Part shown: positions 48,883 to 56,284 of the stretch, piece by piece
How positions within the stretch are numbered: position 1 is the first letter of the stretch
Layout of the letters: the number at the start of each line of letters is the position of its first letter
DNA from: Bacteroidales bacterium
GTDB lineage: Bacteria > Bacteroidota > Bacteroidia > Bacteroidales > VadinHA17
Direction: 5' to 3'
Length of the DNA: 64,000 nt
Assembly (NCBI GenBank): GCA_041686075.1
Contig: JAWLEO010000013.1
Span: forward strand, 12,816 to 76,815
Made by a program: the position numbers and the translations under genes
The notes under the pieces: generated by a model
What the model was told of the DNA's origin: nothing
Database searches by the model: none
Seen by the model: only the letters and a program-made list of their open reading frames with translations

Positions 48883-49293
48883 TTATTTTGGTATGAACGT
48901 GATCCTGATTGCCAGGTTAACACCTTCTGTTCCGGATGGGAAGATGGTGGTGATCTTAAACGATTGCCAGGTAAGCTCAACAATTTTTGATGTCAAGGGA
49001 AAAGCCAGTGAATCAGAGTCAATGGTAATCTCTGTCTCATTATTCAAAAAATACCAGGTACCGGTGTACTGACCAAAATATCCGGTGCCGTCCGGCCGGA
49101 ATTCAGCATCACCTGCCATTTTCTCAAGCAAGCCCCCCGGCCCCCCTGCCTCCTGTCCGTCTACGAGCAGGCTGTCGCTCGTCCATACCTGTCCGGTAAG
49201 AATTTTGAAACGTTCACTTTTCTCCTCTTTTGTGCATGCAAATACAATAATAGCTGATAACAGTGCCAGGTATATGATATTTAATTTTTTCAT
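48883..49293 (-). CDS. small lipoprotein (lipocalin-like), co-transcribed with the TonB-dependent receptor
   Basis: 136 aa with a lipobox (IVFAC) and a beta-rich mature part. A 9-nt gap separates it from the receptor gene. Confidence 0.55.
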   Translation of the reverse strand: MKKLNIIYLALLSAIIVFACTKEEKSERFKILTGQVWTSDSLLVDGQEAGGPGGLLEKMAGDAEFRPDGTGYFGQYTGTWYFLNNETEITIDSDSLAFPLTSKIVELTWQSFKITTIFPSGTEGVNLAIRITFIPK

Positions 49294-49384
49294 GATCTCA
49301 GGATTTATTAAAACTCGGCACTAAGACAATGAAAATTTAAGAAATTTTGAGATATAATCAAATACCGGCGCTAGAAAATCACTT

Positions 49385-49419
49385 CTTAAATCTGAAATCT
49401 TAAATCTGAAATCTTAAAT
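49385..49419. repeat. heptamer tandem array CTTAAAT/CTGAAAT x5
   Basis: cttaaatctgaaatcttaaatctgaaatcttaaat. This is the same heptamer family (a rotation of AATCTTA) as 61074-61112. Confidence 0.92.
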
Positions 49420-49615
49420 CAAACCCTTAAATATATCTTCCCCATATCTTATTTTTGATATTTAGCTGACAATATTTATCTTAGTGAGGCTGTTTAACCA
49501 AAAAATCGCTGCTATATGGAAACACCCGAAGAAATCAAAAAAGATTCCTCGATGCACGTAGCTTCATAAGACCGGGCCTGGATGAGTGAGTAAGGCCAAA
49601 AGCCGCATCGAAGGG

Positions 49616-49657
49616 CTGCTCCCTGCTCCCTGCTCCCTGCTCCCTGCCCCTTGCCCC
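49616..49657. repeat. heptamer tandem array CTGCTCC x3, CTGCCCC, TTGCCCC, TTGCCTA
   Basis: Six in-phase heptamers, followed by the hairpins acccgcggagcgggt and ccggggtttcaccccgg-type. Confidence 0.92.
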
Positions 49658-49715
49658 TTGCCTAACCCGCGGAGCGGGTAAATAATAATAGCCGGGGTTT
49701 CACCCCCGGATAAAA

Positions 49716-49750
49716 AGTATGTAAAAAAAATCCCTCCCCGCCGCGTGCGG
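49716..49750 (-). terminator. intrinsic terminator of the BNR-repeat gene
   Basis: On the minus strand there is a GC-rich hairpin (ctcccccgcacgcggcggggag) followed by T8, about 50 nt after the stop at 49800. Confidence 0.7.
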
Positions 49751-49799
49751 GGGAGATTTTTATGATCTTTACCCACAGGTATTGCTGTAGATATTGTAA

Positions 49800-52700
49800 T
49801 TACTGCCTGATCAGTTGTGCCCCGGCTTCAACAAACTCTTCCTCAAGATTCTCCAATGAGCCACTGATACTTTCAAGCTCCTCTTTTATCGGCATAAGTT
49901 CTTTTATTCCAATTTCAAGGCTCTGCCTGTGCATGGCTGTAGGTCCGTATGATGTTGAAAGCCCGCGATAGGCTACCCCAAGCCTCATGCGTGGTGTCGG
50001 CGATTGTTTTTCTCCCACTTCGCCTTTGGTACTGTAACCATTGTATTTTATTTCCAGCTCAAGGAGGGCTGAATCGACTTCATATACTTTCTCGAGTAAT
50101 TCTCCCGCCTGCCTCCTGTTCCTGAAGGATGCATTTTTGAGTGCTTCAACCCTCTTTCTTGCCTCATCCATCTTCTTTGACACCTTGCCCAGCTCATAGA
50201 TGAATTCCTCGAGGTTAGCACGGAATTGTTTTACCTCATCATCCGGTACAGGTTCCAGGACATTTTCATACAGGGGCTTAACCGTAAACCTTTGTTCTTC
50301 GCTTAGTTGTTTTACCTCACCGCGACTTACGGCATACATGCTGACGGTATATTCGCCCGGTGTTACCATAAAGCCGTCTGTATTTACTTCCATCTCAGAT
50401 TCTTCTTCAACATCAACCGGCTGTGATGAATAGTGGTTCAATTCCCAGTTGACCCTGTGAAAACCCTTTTTCGCATCGGCCATGACGTGATTAATAATTT
50501 TCCCTTCCGTGTCTTTAACAGTAAAGAGGATAAAAGGCTTGTCTTCTTCCTTTTCCTTTTCCAGTGCATCCCAGCCCGGGAAGGGGATATCTGCTTTATT
50601 CTTATCCAGCTTCTTCTCTTTCTCTACCCTTAGCTCTTTCAGTGAATTGATGTCGTTCTTAAGATAATAGGTAAAGACTGCACCGAAAGGGGGATTGGGT
50701 GCTCTGTAGTCGTTGGCACCGGGGGCAATGGTAACTTCCTTTGGTCTGAAAAGCCAGGGATCTTTTACCGGGAACAACATTGCATCTTTATCAAGCATTT
50801 CCCTGCTTACTGATCTGAGCGGACTTATATCATCAAGAATATAGAAACCCCTCCCGAAAGAAGCTGCTACCAGGTCATTCTCCCTTCTTTGGATCTTAAT
50901 ATCGCGGAAAGAGATGGTTGGCAATCCTCCCTCAAGGGCTATCCATTCATTACCGCCGTCTATCGTAAAATATATTCCGAACTCGGCGGCAGCGAAAAGC
51001 AGCTCTTTTCTTTTATGATCCTGTACGATACGCCATATAAGTGTTCTGTCGGGGATATTGCCGCTTATTGATGACCAGCTCTCACCGGTATCGGTGCTCT
51101 TGATGAGGTAGGGTTTGAAGTCTCCGAATTTATGATTGTCGAGGACTGCATATACCGTATTGGCATCAAAAAGGTCGGCCCTTATATCGTTCACAAAGGC
51201 TGTGGCGGGAACTCCTTTTATCGATGAAACTTCAATTTTTCTCCATGTCTCTCCGCCATTCTCCGAAACCTGTATTATGCCATCATCTGTACCTGCGTAT
51301 AAGAGGCCTTCTTTGATGGGTGATTCAGCCAGAGAAGTAATAGTATTATAGGTTGACATTGCAGATATATCCCAGGGATTATCCCAGCTCTGCTTGCGGC
51401 CCATAATAGGCAGTTCCAGCCTTTCCTGGTTTCTTGTCAGGTCGGGAGAGATGGGCTCCCAGCTGTCGCCCCTGTTATCTGACCTCCATACCCTGTATGA
51501 AGCTGTGTAGATCCTTGCCGGCTTATGGGGGCTAACCAGTATGGGTGTATCCCAGTTAAAACGTTCGTGAGGATCTCCTTCACGTGCCTGGGGCTGGATA
51601 AAAACCTGCTCACCTGTTATCCTGTCGATACGATGGATATGTCCCTGCTGGGATTCTGCGTATACAATACCGGGATTACCCGGTTCTGTTGCCGTCTGGT
51701 GACCATCGGCACCGAGAATGGAGAACCAGTCGGCATTCCTTATCCCTTCCTCGGTATCTGTCCTGGAAGGACCACCGTGTGAGCCGTTATCCTGGGTGCC
51801 TCCGTAGATAAAGTAGAAAGGTTCGGAGTCATCTACTGCAAGCTTGTAATACTGGGTGATCGGGAGGTTGCCCATGAATCTCCAGTTCTCTGTATTGTCA
51901 AAGCTTTCGTATACTCCGCCGTCGGTCCCCACCAGGAGGTAGTCAGGATCATCCTTCCTGAAGTTAATGGAATGACTGTCGCCATGTTTCCTGACTTCTT
52001 TCATCCCGTAGAATGTCTTTCCATGGTCATTAGATACCTGTATGTTATTGTCTACAAGGTAAAGTCTTCCCTCATAATGAGGCGAGGCATACAGTTCCTG
52101 GTAGTAGTGAGGGCCGGTGGCTCCGGATACTGCATCGGATTGTTTCGTCCAGCTTTCGCCCCTGTTCTCCGACATAAAAATACCGCCCGTTCTCCTGTCA
52201 AGCTCTATGGCTGCGTAAATCATATCGTTATTAAAGGGCGAGATTGCCAGACCTATCTTACCGAGATTAGAACCGGGAATACCGGATGTTAGTTTTTTCC
52301 AGTTCTTACCTCCATCATCACTACGGTATATCCCTGAACCGGGTCCTCCTCCCATATAGGCTGCCACATTCCTGTGCCTCTGCCATGTAGCGGCATATAA
52401 TCTCTCGGGGTCTGACGGGTCCATCACTATATCGGTTACACCTGTCCACTCATTTACGCCGAGTACCTTTTCCCATGAGCTGCCACCGTCTGTGGTCTTA
52501 TATAATCCCCTGTCACCACCTTTATTCCAGAGCGGCCCCTGGGCTGCGACATAAACGACCTCAGGATTTTCCGGGTGTACAATTATCTTAGAAATATGTT
52601 CTGATTCTTTTAGTCCCATGTTTTTCCATGATTTGCCGCCATCTTCACTGAGATAGACGCCATCGCCGTAAGCAACATGCCTGCCTCCGATATTCTCACC

Positions 52701-53021
52701 TGTCCCCACCCATACCCTGTTTGGGTTTAAGGGATCAATGGTCACGCATCCTATCGAGTAGGAACCCTGGTCATCAAATATTGGTTTCCAGGTGACACCT
52801 GCATTTACAGTTTTCCATACTCCCCCGGAGCCAACGGCCACATACCAGCAGTTGTCGTCCTGAGGATGGATATCTATGTCGGCAATGCGCCCGGATGCAA
52901 ATGCCGGGCCTATATTGCGGAACTCCAATCCCTTGAATGTTGAGGAATTTAGCTTGCTCCCGGGGTCCTGTGCCACAAGGGAGCAACTGATAAAAAGTAG
53001 CAGTAAACCAAGGTTTTTCAT
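49800..53021 (-). CDS. large secreted BNR/Asp-box repeat (sortilin/VPS10-like) protein
   Basis: 1073 aa with a signal peptide and about nine SxDxGxxW Asp-box motifs (SEDGGKSW, TTDGGSSW, SDDGGKNW, SDNRGDSW, SENGGETW, STDTGESW and others). Confidence 0.85.
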   Translation of the reverse strand: MKNLGLLLLFISCSLVAQDPGSKLNSSTFKGLEFRNIGPAFASGRIADIDIHPQDDNCWYVAVGSGGVWKTVNAGVTWKPIFDDQGSYSIGCVTIDPLNPNRVWVGTGENIGGRHVAYGDGVYLSEDGGKSWKNMGLKESEHISKIIVHPENPEVVYVAAQGPLWNKGGDRGLYKTTDGGSSWEKVLGVNEWTGVTDIVMDPSDPERLYAATWQRHRNVAAYMGGGPGSGIYRSDDGGKNWKKLTSGIPGSNLGKIGLAISPFNNDMIYAAIELDRRTGGIFMSENRGESWTKQSDAVSGATGPHYYQELYASPHYEGRLYLVDNNIQVSNDHGKTFYGMKEVRKHGDSHSINFRKDDPDYLLVGTDGGVYESFDNTENWRFMGNLPITQYYKLAVDDSEPFYFIYGGTQDNGSHGGPSRTDTEEGIRNADWFSILGADGHQTATEPGNPGIVYAESQQGHIHRIDRITGEQVFIQPQAREGDPHERFNWDTPILVSPHKPARIYTASYRVWRSDNRGDSWEPISPDLTRNQERLELPIMGRKQSWDNPWDISAMSTYNTITSLAESPIKEGLLYAGTDDGIIQVSENGGETWRKIEVSSIKGVPATAFVNDIRADLFDANTVYAVLDNHKFGDFKPYLIKSTDTGESWSSISGNIPDRTLIWRIVQDHKRKELLFAAAEFGIYFTIDGGNEWIALEGGLPTISFRDIKIQRRENDLVAASFGRGFYILDDISPLRSVSREMLDKDAMLFPVKDPWLFRPKEVTIAPGANDYRAPNPPFGAVFTYYLKNDINSLKELRVEKEKKLDKNKADIPFPGWDALEKEKEEDKPFILFTVKDTEGKIINHVMADAKKGFHRVNWELNHYSSQPVDVEEESEMEVNTDGFMVTPGEYTVSMYAVSRGEVKQLSEEQRFTVKPLYENVLEPVPDDEVKQFRANLEEFIYELGKVSKKMDEARKRVEALKNASFRNRRQAGELLEKVYEVDSALLELEIKYNGYSTKGEVGEKQSPTPRMRLGVAYRGLSTSYGPTAMHRQSLEIGIKELMPIKEELESISGSLENLEEEFVEAGAQLIRQ

Positions 53022-53094
53022 AGTCTCAGAGTGTTTAGATTTTATATGATTATTTATTTGTTTATTTGCGACTTTTATTTCATGTTATGAAGCA

Positions 53095-53589
53095 CTATTT
53101 TACCCGCATATAATTGACAGTATTTACAGGTTTGTTGTTTACATAATGAGTGATTTCCAACAAATCATGTGATTTAAATGTTCCTTCTGTTCTCTTTGAG
53201 GCTTCTTCAGGATTGGAAATATCCTTATAAGGGAATAAAACATAATTATTCTTTGAAATCCACTGCGCCACCCTTAATTCAACGACATCCCCTCCTTTAA
53301 TCTGGCTAAGACCTATCATTTTATCATGTGTTTTGTCATACGCCCAATTAATTCTTGCCTCCATAACGGTTTTCCCTTTTGTGACATACTTAACATTCGC
53401 ATCAATTCCTGTTCCGTAAGTGGCACAATCCATATAGCCAGTTGTGTCTTTAGCATACTCAAATTTCCATGAGCCTATAAGAGGGGATTGATTAATTAAC
53501 TCAACCTGGTTAAGTTTTGTCTGTCCGGTTTGTGCATGAATTGTACAAACAATAAATAGCATAGTTGAAAATAGAAATACTTTTTTCAT
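53095..53589 (-). CDS. secreted hypothetical protein
   Basis: 164 aa with a signal peptide (FIVCTIHAQ) and a beta-rich body. No recognisable motif. Confidence 0.5.
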   Translation of the reverse strand: MKKVFLFSTMLFIVCTIHAQTGQTKLNQVELINQSPLIGSWKFEYAKDTTGYMDCATYGTGIDANVKYVTKGKTVMEARINWAYDKTHDKMIGLSQIKGGDVVELRVAQWISKNNYVLFPYKDISNPEEASKRTEGTFKSHDLLEITHYVNNKPVNTVNYMRVK

Positions 53590-53691
53590 GATGGTTAGGT
53601 TTTGGTTGATAATTCAAGATACAATAATCTCATTATCAAATCAAATATATTTCTTAACTTGCTCTTATCTAACCATAAAACCTGATTTATT

Positions 53692-54210
53692 ATGAAACGA
53701 ATACTCTATTTACTGCTGGGAATTCTAGTTATTACCTACGCCTGTCAAACTGAGACTGAACTAACCGATGCTGATAAGGATGCTATGGTGCGAGATGTAA
53801 AGCAAGCAAGTCAGGAATTTGTATCTATTATTTCAAGTACCTATGATAATGAAACTTACAGTAAGGTCCTGAATTTTAATGATGAAAACTCTGATAAAAT
53901 GTGGCAAACAGAACCTGTTGCTGCCATCTTTAATATAAATGTTATTAATAAACAGGCAGCTAGCTTTGCAAACCTTGAGTCATGGTTTGAAAATAGAATC
54001 TCAGGTGTGGAAAATATTCAGAAAGCTCATTATTCGGTCTTGTCCGATAAAAAAGTTCTCGAAGTATTAGAAGGTGATTTTTCTATCACTTGGAAAGATA
54101 GTACTGAATCCGGTCCTTTTACATGGGTTGGCACAAATATATGGGCAAAAATAGATGGAGGATGGAAAATTCAATTTGTACACAATTCATTTGAACTACA
54201 ATCAGAATAG
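53692..54210 (+). CDS. hypothetical lipoprotein, possibly NTF2/SnoaL-like fold
   Basis: 172 aa with a lipobox (ITYAC). The fold guess comes only from size and the WKIQFVH-type C-terminus. Confidence 0.45.
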   Translation: MKRILYLLLGILVITYACQTETELTDADKDAMVRDVKQASQEFVSIISSTYDNETYSKVLNFNDENSDKMWQTEPVAAIFNINVINKQAASFANLESWFENRISGVENIQKAHYSVLSDKKVLEVLEGDFSITWKDSTESGPFTWVGTNIWAKIDGGWKIQFVHNSFELQSE

Positions 54211-54513
54211 CATTATATACTTTATAAATGGCTTACTCCCTCAAATCAAAGGAGGAGGATATAGAGCATCACCCCTGGACTTATGTCCGGGGGTTGTTTA
54301 GGCCGTTACAGCTATTATCTCCAAATGGTAGTGATGATCCAGGCAAAATAGATATTCCAAAAATGGCTCATGCGGCATCAAAGATCATTAGAGATGCTTT
54401 TTGTTGGTAAATGTGGGGTAATAGTGGGGAAGTTTAAGAATAAAGACAAAAAGACCACTGCCTTCGGCAGTTCGCCTTTCTTTTTCAGTCAACCATATAA
54501 AAGCAAGCTTTTA

Positions 54514-54915
54514 AGGGAATGTAAGATTACTCACCCTGCTAACGCAGGGTTCGTGATCTTTATTGGGGTTAATTCAAAAGACAAAAAAGTCTCCTTTCAG
54601 TCGGGTTTTATTGTCAGTTAGTCGCTTATGAAAATAAATTTTCAACGCTCCTTCCTTCCAATAAAAAAACCTGACATTTCTGTCAGGGCTTTTTTGGTCT
54701 TTTGTCGGGGTAGTAAGATTACTCGCTCTTCGCTATGCTCATCGCTCGTGATCATTTTGGAGGTTAATTCAAAAGACAAAAAAGTCTCCTTTCAGTCGGG
54801 TTTTATTGTCAGTTAGTCGCTTATGAAAATAAATTTTCAACGCTCCTTCCTTCCAATAAAAAAACCTGACATTTCTGTCAGGGCTTTTTTGGTCTTTTGT
54901 CGGGGTAGTAAGATT
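54514..54915. repeat. about 2.1 tandem units of 195 bp, each ending in a copy of the tRNA-Pro 3-prime terminus
   Basis: 54569-54720 is identical in register to 54764-54915 (offset 195). Each unit carries the terminator hairpin and the 16-nt tcggggtagtaagatt. A third, degenerate junction (gggaatgtaagattactc) is at 54515-54532. Confidence 0.9.
54858..54890 (-). terminator. bidirectional intrinsic terminator downstream of tRNA-Pro
   Basis: 7-bp stem cctgaca/tgtcagg with a 4-nt loop, flanked by A7 and T6. A duplicate lies at 54663-54695. Confidence 0.75.
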
Positions 54916-54974
54916 CGAACTTACGACCCCCTGCTCCCAAAGCAGGTGCGCTAACCGGACTGCGCTATACCCCG
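54900..54974 (-). tRNA. tRNA-Pro (anticodon UGG)
   Basis: The reverse complement folds as a cloverleaf: acceptor CGGGGTA/TACCCCG, D stem GCGC/GCGC, anticodon stem CCTGC/GCAGG with loop TTTGGGA, T arm GTAAG-TTCGAAT-CTTAC. It is 75 nt and CCA is not encoded. Confidence 0.92.
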
Positions 54975-55071
54975 CACTGCCCACCGAAGCTTCAGCGAAG
55001 GTGGGTTTCATCTGCTTTAGCCTAAGTGTAGGCGGAAAACTCATTTTCTTCTGCAAATCTAATAACTCTAT
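54954..55071. repeat. 118-bp direct repeat, copy 1
   Basis: Covers tRNA-Pro nt 1-21, the 47-nt spacer and the last 17 codons of the GIY-YIG gene. It matches 55401-55518 at 112 of 118 positions (counted by hand). Confidence 0.9.
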
Positions 55072-55285
55072 CCCTTTTCTTAAAGCTTTTTAGTAACTGC
55101 TCAACCTTATAGGCTTCTCCTCTTGTCTCAAAATTCTTCCAGTAAATCAACTTCCATGGCTTTCCTGATTTTGTGGAGTTGACCCTTCCTGCATTGTGTC
55201 TCTCCAATCTTGACTCCAGTTTCTCAGTCTGACCAATATAATACTTTCTATTCTTCTCCGATTCAAGTATGTAAACGAAATACAT
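55022..55285 (-). CDS. small GIY-YIG nuclease superfamily protein
   Basis: 87 aa with MYFVYILESEKNRKYYIGQT...RLERHN...WKLIYWKNF...EAYKVEQLLK. Its stop is 47 nt upstream of the tRNA-Pro 5-prime end on the same strand. Confidence 0.85.
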   Translation of the reverse strand: MYFVYILESEKNRKYYIGQTEKLESRLERHNAGRVNSTKSGKPWKLIYWKNFETRGEAYKVEQLLKSFKKRDRVIRFAEENEFSAYT

Positions 55286-55298
55286 TTTCTTAAATCTT

Positions 55299-55421
55299 GT
55301 GCGCTAATCCCGAAAAACACATTCCGCCGTATGGCGGACTGATGTTTTTCGAGGATCCTCGCAAAATCAGTTTTCGCTTCGCGAAAGGTGATTTTGCGGG
55401 ACCGGACTGCGCTATACCCCG
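55299..55421 (-). pseudogene. 5-prime fragment of tRNA-Pro (nt 1-29) split by a 93-nt insertion in the D-loop
   Basis: gtgcgctaa (55299-55307) and accggactgcgctataccccg (55401-55421) together equal 54946-54974. They are separated by a structured 93-nt insert. The anticodon and 3-prime half are absent. Confidence 0.8.
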
Positions 55422-55518
55422 CACTGCCCACCGGAGCTTCAGCGAAGGTGGGTTTCATCCGCATTAGCCTAAGTGTAGGCGGAAAACTCATTTTCCTCTG
55501 CAAACCTAATAACTCTAT
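55401..55518. repeat. 118-bp direct repeat, copy 2
   Basis: See copy 1. It still encodes ...RVIRFAEENEFSAYT*, and both substitutions in that stretch are synonymous. Confidence 0.9.
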
Positions 55519-55637
55519 TGCTATAAGCTAGCCAGCAAAAGCCCCGCAAAAGTATAAAAGCAATTTGGTTTTGCAATGGAATATTTGAAAATTATGAGGG
55601 GACAAGCTATTGAGCATACCCGGGTAAGAGGTGCAGA

Positions 55638-56042
55638 TTATTTTATTTCCGCCTTATATACCTTCAGACACCGGTAATTTACCCAGCTTAATAATAAGAA
55701 AAGGAACAAAAAGAAAACCTGTAAGATTGAAAATGCATCTGAGGATATCGTTAGTATTAATAGTATTATTATGATCCCGGTCAAAATTAAGTTTTGAATT
55801 AAATTAAAATATATCGCCCAGGCTTTCAACTTTGTAAATGCTATGAAAGCAATAATTTTAATCAAAAAGAATATGGCAATAGTTGTTATAATATAAGTAT
55901 TCACAAAATCGAAAACAGTGTATGAATCGCCTGTGAACAAAATGCCAAAAATGAAAAACAAAGGAATAGAAAAAAGCATTCCTGCAAGCTCAATAAGCTG
56001 CCATATTTGTGAGACTATGAATACTGGATTCTTATTTTTCAC
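55638..56042 (-). CDS. hypothetical four-helix membrane protein
   Basis: 134 aa, almost entirely hydrophobic helices, AT-rich codons. No recognisable motif. Confidence 0.45.
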   Translation of the reverse strand: MKNKNPVFIVSQIWQLIELAGMLFSIPLFFIFGILFTGDSYTVFDFVNTYIITTIAIFFLIKIIAFIAFTKLKAWAIYFNLIQNLILTGIIIILLILTISSDAFSILQVFFLFLFLLLSWVNYRCLKVYKAEIK

Positions 56043-56284
56043 GGTACTGCAAATATATATTCAAAACACAAATTAATTAATTTTCTATATTTTTTTATTC
56101 CAAAAAGTAAAAAAGAAAATGTATATTCACCTTTGTACATTTAACTATTAACTGCAAGTTGCTTTCCACATACAATTTTTTTGATCAATAGCTATGTTTT
56201 TGTAATTTGTAAGCTTAATAAACCTGAAACTGTAAGCTTGAGTATGGAAAAACTGCCAGATAAACTAACCGGAAAGAACCAAGT

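Noticed and set aside
46624-49293. TonB-dependent receptor plus small lipoprotein as a novel uptake system or riboswitch-controlled locus
   Set aside because: No SusD, no recognisable riboswitch motif in the upstream spacer, and no substrate clue. It appears to be an ordinary receptor/lipoprotein pair.
49516-49569. 17-codon sORF (METPEEIKKDSSMHVAS) downstream of a TATTTTTG box at 49450-49457
   Set aside because: It is too short to support from sequence alone. It has no conservation evidence and lies inside a repeat-rich spacer.
54451-54480. Hairpin actgccttcggcagt followed by a T-rich tract, considered as a terminator of the 53692..54210 gene
   Set aside because: It lies about 240 nt beyond the stop, and the T tract is interrupted (tcgcctttcttttt). 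It is possibly functional but not supportable.
54370-54816. Two small plus-strand ORFs with identical C-termini (NSKDKKVSFQSGFIVS)
   Set aside because: The identity is produced by the 195-bp tandem DNA repeat downstream of tRNA-Pro. There are no coding signatures.
55308-55400. The 93-nt insert in the tRNA fragment as a tRNA intron
   Set aside because: It is far too short for a group I or II intron. It lies in the D-loop rather than the anticodon loop, and the host tRNA copy is itself truncated and non-functional.
55147-55503. 118-aa minus-strand ORF spanning the tRNA fragment and direct repeat copy 2
   Set aside because: It reads through a tRNA fragment and the 93-nt insert and overlaps the GIY-YIG gene. 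Its N-terminus duplicates the spurious ORF at 54769..55056, so it is a repeat artefact.
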